A stretch of 64,000 nt of DNA, from positions 11,098,001 through 11,162,000 of the forward strand of contig NC_043009.1 of the NCBI RefSeq assembly GCF_006345805.1. The letters are read 5' to 3'. Made by a program: the position numbers and the translations under genes. A model generated the notes under the pieces. The model worked only from the letters and a program-made list of their open reading frames with translations. It had not been told where the DNA came from and did not search any database. Positions 38,830 through 50,662 of this stretch are shown here, piece by piece (positions within the stretch are counted from its first letter, which is position 1; each line of letters opens with the position of its first letter). Origin of the DNA: Octopus sinensis. Lineage: Eukaryota.

Positions 38830-39700
38830 ATTTTAGCATGAAGTGTAACGACTATCGGTAACCATTGCATTTGCCATCCAAATTTAGGAGATGTTGATTG
38901 CTACGAAACATCTCATGAACAAATTGGACGGCGAAGCTCATAAAATCACGTGATATAACCCCAAACGTCGATTATGACACCCTCCTTTGAAGGACGTAAC
39001 ACATGTAATCAGAAGCTGCCCTTAAATTTCAAAGAGGTAATAACTCTTACTGTAATGATGTTGCTTCCAAACAATATAGAATGCCACCGGTTGAGAAGAT
39101 TAGTCTAGTTTAAATACGAACAACACCTCTGCTATCGAAGTCATACATACATATCAGTATAAATGATATTAGTATATTATATAAATGATATTAGTACATA
39201 TGCAAACACTATATCCCCGACATAGAAAGCTCAAGTACAGTCATAGACGTTAGCTGCCCTACGGATGTGAACATCTTTTCCAAAATCATTGAGAAGTAAT
39301 ACGTCTATGGACAACTGCTTTACAACTGGCAGCTTCTTCCTCAGAATATAAATTTACTTCTATGCCAACAATATATTTCTTTATTACCCACAAGGGGCTA
39401 AACATAGAGGGGACAAACAAGGACAGACAAGCGGATTAAGTCGATTACATCGACCCAGTGCGTAACTGGTACCTAATTTATCGACCCCAAAAGGATGAAA
39501 GGCAAATTCGATCTCGGCGGAATTTGAACTCAGAACGTAACGGCAGACGAAATACCGCTAGACATTTCGCCCGGCGTGCTAACGGTTCTGCCAGCTCGCC
39601 GCCTTCTTCTATGCCAACAATCATTGATGCACTTGGTTATGCTCGTGAATTGCTAAGCGACAATCCGGAAAGTTACGACTTTCAATAGAATGGGAAAAAA
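38830..39700 (+). mobile_element. RLE-type (R4/Dong-like) LINE 3' fragment, interrupted by a SINE
   Basis: DVTHVIRSCP (CCHC), PDI..VIDVSCPTDVNI..EK (restriction-like endonuclease), MPTIIDALG. Confidence 0.72.
39373..39605 (-). mobile_element. SINE family C, full length
   Basis: 16-bp TSD cttctatgccaacaat at 39357-39372 and 39606-39621. Confidence 0.92.
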
Positions 39701-39895
39701 GGAGAGAGAGAAAAAAAGGAAAGAGAGAGAGAGAGAGAGGTCAACTAGTACAAATATTACAAATATAACATGCAAGTGGAATAATATACAGAGAGTTCGA
39801 TTGTCATAATTATCATTCTAATCCAAATTCTCGTGACAGGGCTTTTGTTTTTTCGTCAGAAACCAGCTTTCTCCTTCCAAGTAATATACTAATAT

Positions 39896-40276
39896 CGTGG
39901 CACTCCATCGGTTACGAGGACCAGGGTTCCAGTTGATCCGAACAACAGAGCAGCCTGCTCCCGAAATTAACGTGCAAGTGGCTGAGCACTCTACAGTTAC
40001 GTGTACCCTTAACGTAGTTCTCGGCGAGATTCAGCGTGACACAGAGTGTGACAAGGCTGGTCCTTTGAAATACAGGTACAACAGAAAGAGGAAGAAAAAT
40101 TGAGAGAAAGTTGTGGTGAAAGAGTACAGCAGGCTCCGCCACCACCCCCTGCCGGAGCCACGTGGAGCTTTAAGTGTTTTCATTCAATAAACATTCACAA
40201 CGCCCGGTCTGGGAATAGAAACCGCGATCCTACGACCGCGAGTCTGCTGCCCCTAACCACTGGGACATTGCGCCTC
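39896..40276 (-). mobile_element. SINE family A, tail type 2
   Basis: Homologous to 20805-21180; atactaatat on both flanks. Confidence 0.88.
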
Positions 40277-40525
40277 TACGGCATACTAATATACAAAGAG
40301 AAAATCAAAGCATTCATGCATATGCATGTCCATATATACCTAATACATGCATACAGGCATACATTTATGTTTATATTTTTCTAAACGCGATCATGCTATC
40401 TACATCTAAAAATAAAATTGATGTGAAAATAAATAAAACCTTGAAAAGGGGGCCAGTTGAAATCGAACCTAAGTTACCTTTGTTTTAAGACTTATGGCTA
40501 TATATACTTTTACATTAATACTTTC

Positions 40526-40957
40526 GGATCTTTTCGGTTGAACGGCAGTTTTTTTTAGCGGTGTCATATGAAATTGCCACCCATAATTATGACCCTAGTA
40601 TCGATCTATTGCATTTCAATCTGTTTTAGGGTTAGGGTTAGTTAGGGTTAGGGTTAGGGGTGGAGGGAAGGGTATCTTTTTTTCTTCAGAAATGTAAATA
40701 AACCCAATCTGCTTCTTACACGAGGAACATATTCATACGGCACAAAATGTTTTCACCTCAATAGACGTCATTGATTGGTTGAAATTGCAGAAATTGAAGG
40801 AAAAAAACAACAAATATCTTACAAGCTATAGAATTTTCTCAATAAAGCCAAGAGAAAAAGATGTTTTATAAACACATTCCACCAGTATACGAAGCTTAAA
40901 AGTGTTTAGTTACGTGGAAATTATTTTTAAAAACTACCTTTCAAACCGAAAAGATCC
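40526..40957 (+). mobile_element. Merlin-like MITE copy 2 with internal (TTAGGG)n
   Basis: Same TIRs; 8-bp TSD atactttc. Confidence 0.88.
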
Positions 40958-41624
40958 ATACTTTCATCTTGTATAATATTTTACCCATTACTAAAAAGAA
41001 ATATAATGGAAATTCAATTGTTGATACTATGGAGTATACAGGCAGCTCTCCGAATATTTGATTATTACTTTCTGACAGCTTAGGTGAAATGAAGCACAGA
41101 GATTTAATATGTATGTTCTGATGTTAATAAATGAATCGCGTGTTAGATCAAGGGGGAGATTAAAGCTGTTACTACTTTAAGATTCGTTGTATGGAGAGTA
41201 TCCACACACATATCTAAAGTTTGCTTAGTTCCTATATTCGGCTATTGTATGTAAGTCAATTTTTAGGCAATTTTCCAATCATTTTCCTGTCAGAGCAATT
41301 GATGTAATATGTATTGTATGACAATTTGCAAGAATATGGGTCATAATTAAATTATGCTCTCCGAATTTCTCTTGGGGGACAGTTAAGAAATACTAATGCA
41401 ATTATTTGGCAAGAGAAGCCAAGAAGTATAATGTTACTTGGAATTTCCCTCTGGAAAACTGTATTGTTCTTCTTCAACAACAGCTTTGCAGATAGAGAAC
41501 CACACGAACGAGGATATTTAAATTCCATTGTAGCTTGGGGGTAAAGACTGTGTTTAAGCGATGCTTTCGAAGAAGTCGGAATAGTTGGCAGTCCATTTCC
41601 TTAGCTTTATACCTAACATATTTT

Positions 41625-42047
41625 GGATCTTTTCGGTTTGAACGGCAGTTCTTCACATAATTTCTAGGTAACTAAAAAATTTTAAACTGGTAGAATTTGT
41701 TTATAAAACATCTTTTCTCTTGGCTTTATTGAGAACATTCTATAGTTTGTAAGATATTTGTTGTTTTTTTTCTTCAATTTCTGCAGTTTCAACCAATCAA
41801 TGACGTCTATTGACGTAAAAAAATATTCTGTGCCGTATGAATATGTCCCTCGTTTAAGAAGCAGATTAGGTTTATTTACATTTGTGAAGAAAAAAAGATA
41901 CCTTTCCCCCACCCCTAGCCCTAACCCTAACCCTAACTAACCCTAAAACAGATTGAAATGCAATAGATCGATACTAGGGTCATAATTATGGGTGACAATT
42001 TCATATGACACCGCTAGAAAAAACTGCCGTTCAAACCGAAAAGATCC
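41625..42047 (-). mobile_element. Merlin-like MITE copy 3 (inverted)
   Basis: Same TIRs; flanking duplication cctaacatatttt (13 bp). Confidence 0.88.
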
Positions 42048-42499
42048 CCTAACATATTTTTGTTTAAATTACCTATCCTCTATGTATATCCCACTCATTC
42101 TATTGCTCACACTGTCGCAAAACTTTACTGACCGCTCCCGCTCCTTTCATTTGTCTTAGAAACCATGTATCAAGCTGTTTATCTAACTATCAATCTGATA
42201 TGTATGCGTGACGCATGTTCGTGCGCATGCAGATGTGTATGTATATCTGTTTCTCATATACTTTTCACAAATCTAGTAAGGCGATAATTTCTTTCTTCTC
42301 TTACTATTTATATTTTATTCTTCTTCTAGTAATTTCAACCACAAAATTAAGCTTCAACTTAATAATGGACCGGTGCAACTTCTGATTAAACATAGCGCGT
42401 GTGTGTGTCAGCGTGTGTGTGTGTGCGTGTGTGTGTGCGTGCGTGTGTGTGTGTGTGTGTGTGTGTATTGTGTGTGTGTGTTAAAATTCTTGAAGGGCT

Positions 42500-43450
42500 A
42501 ATGACATTCCATATTCTATGGCAAAGGAACCCTATGTCACGTTCCTTAGCGCGACGCACGAACTTGGGCGTGTTTGCTTTATTAAGGCATTTAATGCACT
42601 CTTCTGGAGGCGTACGGGAGAAAAACTGCTCTTCCTTGTTAATATTTACACTGAAGTAAAAAATAGGATCTTTCCGAAGTATAGTTGAACGTGGTATTCG
42701 CAAGGCAGCTACACATGTCATGAAAGTAATTATTGTTAACTCTGATCCCAACATTATTACTAAGAACTTCTCCAGCTACTGTTTCATGTCCTTCTCAGTT
42801 TTAACTATCGCGATAAATTTCTAAACGTCCGACTCATGCTCCACGTTGTACGTTTAGGTATGAAGAAAGTCAGTTGCAAAATGACAATGGAATTTAGACT
42901 TAATTATAACTTCGTCAATATCAGGTTGTTCCATGCAGATACCAGTTTTTATAGAGAATAGAATATGCTGACGAGATCCATAGTAAGACGGGATACTCAA
43001 TCTTTTTGTGTCGATTTTAGCGTACAACATGCTGGGATTGTCAACGTTGCTTAAGCAGAAATGATTTGCCGACAGGTCATAAGTGCATCACCTACCAGGC
43101 CAGCTTACACAGTTGGTAACATATAGGTGTCTGTAGCATCGTTTGCAAATATATGAGTTGTATTCTGTCTGCGGTTTGGATCCTTGACAACAATATCCAG
43201 GTCCTCGTGATGCAAGTGATAGTTAGCGCTAGAAAACGTCTGCACAGAATCCTTCAGATCAAATGCATTTATTCTAAACTGATGTCTTCGTGTACAAAAA
43301 GCTCTGTATACAGCCTCCTCTTTAGCTATGAGACTTAGCTGATTTACAGTCATCATATTAATCCCTTATAGAACATACATATTCTCCGCATCCCGATCAT
43401 TCTAGAAGTTATTTGCTGTGGGCGTATACCTGAAACCGGAATACTTAGAA
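42500..43450 (-). pseudogene. Highly decayed non-LTR RT-like remnant
   Basis: Weak motifs AFDLKDSV (cf. DL.KAFDSV) and IFANDAT (cf. LFADD) in the expected order. Confidence 0.3.
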
Positions 43451-43479
43451 CGATATCCAAACTACAGTGGAAAAGGCTA

Positions 43480-43614
43480 TATATACATATATATATATAC
43501 ATATATATATGTATATACACATATATATACCATATATATATATATACATATATATATACATATATATATATACATATATATATATACATATATATATATT
43601 ACATATATATATAC

Positions 43615-43663
<49 letters not shown>

Positions 43664-43682
43664 CATATATATTATATATACA

Positions 43683-43722
<40 letters not shown>

Positions 43723-43754
43723 CACATATATATATATATATATACACATATATA

Positions 43755-43794
<40 letters not shown>

Positions 43795-43885
43795 CATATA
43801 TATATACATATATATATACATATATATATATACATATATATATAACATATATATATATACATATATATATACATATATATATATA
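43480..43885. repeat. (TA)/(TACA)-rich array
   Basis: Direct. Confidence 0.95.
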
Positions 43886-44115
43886 CATAATTAATCAATA
43901 TAGGGAGGCAAAAAAATTTTGTAGAATTCTTTTGCCCCCAGCGGCCTAGTGGGAAAAAATTAAATAGTCATAAACCATTTTTAAGTTCAATATCACAATC
44001 AAGGAACGGCCATAATAGGCCATTCACCCACTAGAAATAACAGCCAAAAAGCTTCAACCGCAAAATAACATTAATCCGTAAACCAGGAGAAAATTAAAAA
44101 AACATTTACCCTGAA

Positions 44116-44221
44116 ATTCCTTATACGATGCACCGTTTCGTCTACTGTTTAATGGTAAACTAACCTGATTAATTAAATCAAGCCAATCTACCATAGGCCC
44201 TTAGATTCATCAGTAAGGAAT
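44116..44221 (-). ncRNA. Type I hammerhead ribozyme, full catalytic core
   Basis: ATTCCTTA-CTGATGA-A-TCTA..long hairpin..TAGA-C-GAAAC-GGTGCATC-GTA-TAAGGAAT. Confidence 0.85.
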
Positions 44222-44678
44222 AGCCAAATCGGAACAGATATTTTTCACGAGGCATTCCCGTCCATGCCTCGCCAATATCTGACCTAAAATTTTCAAATCG
44301 TCGCACTCGCGCCAAATTTATCGGCAGCAAATAAATATAAGCCGCCGATTCCATTACGGAATTAACCAAAAAATTCATAATTAATCAATATAGGAGGCAA
44401 AAAAATTTTGTAGAATTCTTTTGCCCCCAGCGGCCTAGTGGGAAAAAATTAAATAGTCATAAACCATTTTTAATTCAATATCACAATCAAGGAACGGCCA
44501 TAATAGGCCATTCACCCACTAGAAATAACAGCCAAAAAGCTTCAACCGCAAAATAACATTAATTCCGTAAACCAGGAGAAAATTAAAAAAACATTTACCC
44601 TGAAATTCCTTATACGATATTTTTCACGAGGCATTCCCGTCCATATGCCTCGTGAAAAATATCTGTTCCGATTTGGCT

Positions 44679-44785
44679 ATTCCTTACTGATGAATCTAAG
44701 GGCCTATGGTAGATTGGCTTGATTTAATTTAATCAGGTTAGTTTACCATTAAACAGTAGACGAAACGGTGCATCGTATAAGGAAT
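44679..44785 (+). ncRNA. Type I hammerhead ribozyme, full catalytic core (inverted copy)
   Basis: Stem I 44679-44686 / 44778-44785 (8/8 WC); CTGATGA 44687-44693; GAAA 44762-44765; GUA cleavage after 44777. Confidence 0.87.
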
Positions 44786-44860
44786 TTCTTGATTGTGATA
44801 TATATATATACATATTATATATATATCATATATATATATATACATATATATATATATTAC

Positions 44861-44931
<71 letters not shown>

Positions 44932-45318
44932 TCTTTACTCTTTACTCTTTTACTTGTTTCAGTCATTTGACTGTGGCCATGCTGGAGCACCGCCTTTAGT
45001 CGAGCAAATCGACCCCGGGAATTATTCTTTGTAAGCCCAGTAACTTATTCTATCGGTCTCTTTTTTGCCGAACCGCTAAGTGACGGGGACGTAAACACAC
45101 CAGCATCGGTTGTCAAGCAATGCTAGGGGGACAAACACAGACACACAAACACACACACAATATATATACATATATACGACAGGCTTCTTTCAGTTTCCGT
45201 CTACCAAATCCACTCACAAGGCATTGGTCGGCCGGGGCTATAGCAGAAGACACTTGCCCAAGATGCCACGCAGTGGGACTGGACCCAGAACCATGTGGTT
45301 GGTTAGCAAGCTACTTAC

Positions 45319-45322
<4 letters not shown>
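44932..45322 (-). mobile_element. SINE family B
   Basis: Homologous to 6399-6810. Confidence 0.9.
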
Positions 45323-45362
<40 letters not shown>

Positions 45363-45599
45363 TAATCAGGTGCAGAAGTGGTGTATTCGGAATGAACCAG
45401 GTAATGTGATCCGATGGTAGAAAGAATTCCACGAATTAGCTACTCCAAAGTCAGTCGGAAGTACGGGGGGGGGGGCGTGTGAGCGTGCGGTAAATACTTA
45501 ATAACTAAAAATGGCAAAAAAAAATCAAGAAAAATCAACAACCGGTGGGACGTGGTAAATGTAATGTATTAATAAGACGCTCAAGAAAGAAAGAAAGAT

Positions 45600-45640
45600 T
45601 GATTTATGTTTCGAGCGAAAGCTCTTCTTGAGAAGCAAGA
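45600..45640 (-). ncRNA. Degenerate minimal PLE-type hammerhead
   Basis: Minus strand: CTCAAGA-A-GAGC-TTTC-GCTC-GAAAC-ATA; stem II is perfect and the core is mutated. Confidence 0.45.
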
Positions 45641-45748
45641 TACAGAGCAAAGTCCAAAAGAAAAGGAAGATGGAGGAAAAAATCGCCAAAAACGCATATA
45701 TTAATGCCTTACTTACAAAAGAAATTGTGGGTACTGGTTAAGTCATTC

Positions 45749-46153
45749 AGGCGGCGGGGAGCTGGCAGAACTGTTACAGCGTCCGAAACAATACTTTGCT
45801 GTATTTTTTACGACTTATGACGTTGTTAATTCAAATTTCGAAGAGGTTGACCTTTTCCTTCATCCTTTCTAAGTCGATAACATATGCCATCGGTGGTATC
45901 GACAAAAGCGCTGACCCAAATTTCAGCATGTTCATATATTGGTTTCAAATTTTGGCACAAGGCCAACAACGTAGGCGATAGGGAAATTTCGATTACATCG
46001 ATCCCAGTACTCGATTGGTTCATATTTTACCCACCCCGAAAGGTGAAAAGTAAAGTCGACCTAGGCGGAATGTGAACTCAGAATGTAAAGACGGACGAAA
46101 TGTCGCCAAGCATTTTGTCCGACATGCTTACGACCACGTCAGCTCACCGTCTT
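45749..46153. mobile_element. Two decayed SINE family C copies (+ fragment 45749-45880; - copy 45935-46153)
   Basis: Family C head and core motifs in opposite orientations. Confidence 0.7.
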
Positions 46154-46178
46154 AGGCCATATGCCTATATTGAAAAAA

Positions 46179-46410
46179 GGCGGCGAGCTGGCAGAAACGT
46201 TAGCGCCCCGGGCGAAATGCTTCGCAGTATTTCGTCTGTCGTTACGTTTAGAGTTCAAATTCCGCCGAGGTCGACTTTGCTTTTCATCCTTTCGGGGTCG
46301 ATAAATAAAGTACCAGCTTCGCACTGGGGTCGATGTAATCGACTTAATCCCTTTGTCTATCCTTGTTTGTTTCCTCTATGTTTAGCCTCTTTGTGGGTAG
46401 TAAAGAAATA
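46179..46410 (+). mobile_element. SINE family C, full length
   Basis: 13-bp TSD tatattgaaaaaa at 46166-46178 and 46411-46423. Confidence 0.92.
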
Positions 46411-46799
46411 TATATTGAAAAAAACATTATTAATAATGTGGGATTTGTATGATAAACGGTGAAAGAAATACAGGCGTGTGCCCTTGAATGTATCTGCTTC
46501 TGTATATACTTCTACACACACTTGGATTATTAATATTATGTTTTTTCAACATTCATTACTCTCTATATAGAATGTTAATCCTTTTTGCAACGACGTTTTA
46601 ATACCATGAAACAGAAAAGTCATTGTTGACGCGAAGATTTATTGTGTTAGAAAATCAAATTATTTTAAAGTAACTTATATATTACCTGTATAATGGTGCA
46701 TGTTACACTTCCAAATATTTCAATAAATGTTTCTTTCTGAATTGAAGTCCACAATAAAAATGTTTTCCTTCATTTACATTTGGAAATAATTAACAATCC

Positions 46800-47640
46800 C
46801 TTGCCTGTTCCAGTGAGAAGGAGATTGTTGAAGCACGCGCATGTCTGACTGGCTGTCCAACAGTTCCAACAGATAATAAGTTTCTTTTTATTATGTTAGC
46901 AAAAAAAACCTGTTGCTCCGATGATATCTGGTATAACTTCCACTTTTGCTGCGGGGTATATCCACTTTCATCACATTTACTCTTTGAATTCAGTATATTT
47001 CAAAAATGTTTTTCAATTCTTTGCCTGTAATGTTTTTGCCTAAAGGAATTGTAATGTCTATTATAAGTATTTCTCTTTTTATATAACTTATAATAATACA
47101 TCTTCGTATTCAGTTGTTCTGTCTGTCTGAGTATCGAAATATATAGAATTTTTGGTTTATCCAGTTTGTTTAGAGCCTTTTCTGGTATATGATTGCACAA
47201 CCTTTTTCAAGTATTGAATCTATATTTTTTTTTGCAATGTGATTCGCATGAAGACAAAATGTATCATGATTTCGTTTATTTTCTTTCTGAGCTTAATACC
47301 TTTTAGCCTGCTACATACGATCAATATCTTTTCCTTGGTGAGTATACAGGCAGCGCTTGTTTGTTGAAGCAGTTGAATAAATACCCCTATTTATTAGATT
47401 ATTATTTTTGAGCTTGATATTCGACAACCGTCCAGTAAACTCACCGTTTCTCTGTAAATCGTTCTAGATTAATGTTTTGTCACATTCTTGGTGCCTCTGG
47501 CATATAATACAGTCCATATAACTTCAATCCTTTTAGCTCTTTATTTCTTTCAAAACTTATCCTGATTTGATGAGCTTTCTTCTCTACCATTTCAATACTA
47601 GCAAGTTCCTGTTGATCCTGATTGATAAATCATGGAGTGC
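46800..47640 (-). mobile_element. Second RLE-type (R4/Dong-like) LINE 3' fragment
   Basis: KIL..(F)DTQTDR, IIDITIPLGKNI, VEVIPDIIGATG in order. Confidence 0.68.
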
Positions 47641-47659
47641 CACGAGTTTCTCTTGCACA

Positions 47660-47830
47660 GGTCAGCCATAGTAGAAATCACTTGTCCAAGGTGTCAGGCA
47701 GAGACTGAAGCTGAAACCATGTGATAGGAAAGCAAGCTTCTTTAGCACAGCCATTTATTCTTTTACTTGTTTCAGTCATTTGACTGCGGCCATGCCAGAG
47801 CACCGCCTTTAGTTGAGCAAATCAATTTCG

Positions 47831-47836
<6 letters not shown>
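47660..47836 (-). mobile_element. Two abutting SINE family B fragments (head then tail)
   Basis: cacttgtccaaggtg head; cttgtttcagtcatttgactgcggcc tail. Confidence 0.7.
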
Positions 47837-47866
<30 letters not shown>

Positions 47867-48080
47867 ATATATATATATATATATATTATATATTGTATGT
47901 ATGTATGTATGTATGTATGTATGTATGCATTGTATGTATATATATGTATATACATGTATATATATGTATATGTATACAATTAGGTATGTATATATATACA
48001 TATATATAATATATTACATATGTATATGTATGTATATAATATAATATATATGTGTGTGTGTGTGTATCTGGATATGTGTA

Positions 48081-48113
<33 letters not shown>

Positions 48114-48197
48114 TATATATGCATATGTATGTGTGTATATATATAGATATATATATATGTATATTATATATATATTGTGTGGGTGTATGTGTTTGTA

Positions 48198-48229
<32 letters not shown>

Positions 48230-48722
48230 TGTATGTATGCATGTATAATGTTGCCCGATTCAGCTTAAACTATATCATTATAATATTATCGTATTAAGCA
48301 ATGTTTAACACCTTCAATTATAACTGGCGGTGATAAGACAAATGCTGCAATAGAAGTCCCGGGAGAAAATTCTTCATTTAGACTTGTGTAAACACTCAAT
48401 TATTTTCGACTGTGTCTGACGTCATTAACTCATAGAACGCATGTATTCCTTCGTCGTCCTGCTTCGATTTCTACGAAACTTGAGAGTATGCCAATGGTGA
48501 CATATTGTTCCGTCTCTCTTGGGCGAGTAGGAAACACATCTGAAAGCTTATGCCTTGCCAATCCAATATCAGGGATTAACAAAATATGTATATTTAACAA
48601 AATAGATAACGAAGCGCTGACATCACAGATATCTGTGGAAGACGTTAAAACGTAAGATCAGTAGCAGGTGTTTCCGCTAAATTACTAAAGAATATGTGAA
48701 GGCAAATTTTAGAAATATATAT

Positions 48723-49124
48723 ACTAGCAGTATCGCCCGGCGTTGCTCGGGTTTGTAAGGGAAATAACTATATAAGCATTTTTACAGAGTTATAGCCAAA
48801 AAATAGCAAAACAAATGCATTAAAAACGGAAGAAAAATGATGGTAAATTTTTTTTAAATCGTTGACTCATCGTAGACATTTTTAGAGAGTTACTTCCCTT
48901 ATATAATAGCGAAAAAATGCATTAAAATGGAAAAAAATGATGGTAAATTATTTTTAAAATCGTAGACTCATCGTAGACGCGCGCGCTAATACCCAGAAGG
49001 GCTCGATATGAATCACGACTATAAGATACCCGCTTTTGGTTACACTGCACCGCAAAATGTGGGAGTAGTTAGGAATCTAAATCGTAGGAGACAGACACAC
49101 AACTTGACTTTTATATATAAAGAT
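48723..49124 (+). mobile_element. Non-autonomous Helentron-type (HINE/DINE-like) element
   Basis: 5' ACTAG plus hairpin CCCGGCGTTGCTCGGG; two internal ~100-bp tandem units; 3' end cttttatatataaagat. Confidence 0.75.
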
Positions 49125-49442
49125 ATATCTTTCTAAAATTTATCTTCACATATTCTTTTATATATATATATATCTGTCGAGAGTCCCAGATGAACCTACC
49201 TCACGGCAAGAGGTGCAAATGAGGGTAGCTATATCAAACTCCATTCTTCCATCAAGTACCACATTATAGAGGAGGCTCCTAGTATAAAAGTGTAGCGCAA
49301 AATGGCGGTGCATCAGCATGGCCGCAGCTCCGAGGTGGATCTAAAAAAAATTAATATATATATAATATATATATATATATAATATATATATTTATATACG
49401 TGTATACTTGTTAATGTACACACATACATACGCACGCACTTT

Positions 49443-49508
<66 letters not shown>

Positions 49509-49525
49509 ATATATGTATGTATGTA

Positions 49526-49561
<36 letters not shown>

Positions 49562-50268
49562 TGTACATACTCAATTTTAATGTTGTATAAATTCAATTAA
49601 CCAAATACAAGGGAGTACCATTGGCTTATTTCAATCAACCTCAAGCAAATGCGAATACATCCAACAGAATATATTCGACGAAGGAAACAAACACTTACGC
49701 ATCGTTGTGGAAGACTGCAGGCAGCGGATGTGAATACTTTATTCAACATCTGCCAACAAGACAAACTTTATGGACAGCTGCTGTGAAACATATAAAAGTC
49801 CTACAAACATTATAAATTTTCGTTTTATGTATCATCTTTGGCAGATTTTGATATGCCAATATTTTAAGTAATAATGGCTAAAACTAGACCTTTTAGAGAA
49901 ACAAATAGAGAAATATACATGTGATCGTTTCCTGAATTCCATCATGTTATGCTGCTGCTAATACTTTTCACATGTGTGCATATATATGTATATATACATA
50001 TATACACAACTTATAAACAAGGGCAATTTTAACCTTTAAAGGTATTTTAATATGCAGCCACTTTTTTGATGAAATTTTTTTCTGTAAAAAAACTTCATCC
50101 TATATTAGTAGTATACATATACATACATATATATATAGATATAGATATATATATACATATATATATTTATATAAACATATATACATACATACATATATAT
50201 ATATATAGATATATATATACATATATATATTTATATATATACATATATACATACATTATATATATATA

Positions 50269-50300
<32 letters not shown>

Positions 50301-50307
<7 letters not shown>

Positions 50308-50548
50308 GAAATGAAGTACTCAGAATTGGATGGTTTATATTTACAGATATTTATTTGAATATTACATTTTTTTATATATATATCATATCACTTAGATCAT
50401 TAGCGCTTTCTCGTTTTCAAACCCCACTAGAATGGGAGAAAGCGCTAATGATAAAGTGACATGATATATATATAAAAAATGTAATATACAAATAAATATC
50501 TGTAAAATATAACCCATCCAATTTTCTGAGTACCTCAATTCTTCTAAT
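50301..50548. repeat. ~250-bp foldback (arms 50301-50412 / 50436-50548) between (TA)n arrays
   Basis: attagaagaaatgaagtactcagaattggatgg... is the reverse complement of ...ccatccaattttctgagtacctcaattcttctaat; about 90% identity by eye. Confidence 0.9.
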
Positions 50549-50580
50549 ATATAATGCCTGCTACATCATTTCCAAACCTT

Positions 50581-50646
<66 letters not shown>

Positions 50647-50662
50647 GTTTTGTAATATATAA

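Larger units (their letters stand above)
43886..44800 (-). mobile_element. Hammerhead-containing ~490-bp tandem repeat with terminal inversion (retrozyme-like / non-autonomous PLE-type)
   Basis: Unit 1 is 43886-44375 and partial unit 2 is 44376-~44618. 44645-44788 is the reverse complement of ~44113-44255. Inserted between (TA)n arrays. Confidence 0.85.

Noticed and set aside
40625-40660. Telomere or telomere-fusion site
   Set aside because: The TTAGGG run is internal to a MITE and present in its other copies.
49185-49260. CAGATGA-A-CCTACCTC..GAGGGTAG hammerhead candidate
   Set aside because: No GAAA at the required position.
49695-49790. Minus-strand segment with a good acceptor and GTAAGT donor
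   Set aside because: Stops in all three frames; a non-coding exon cannot be supported without RNA data.
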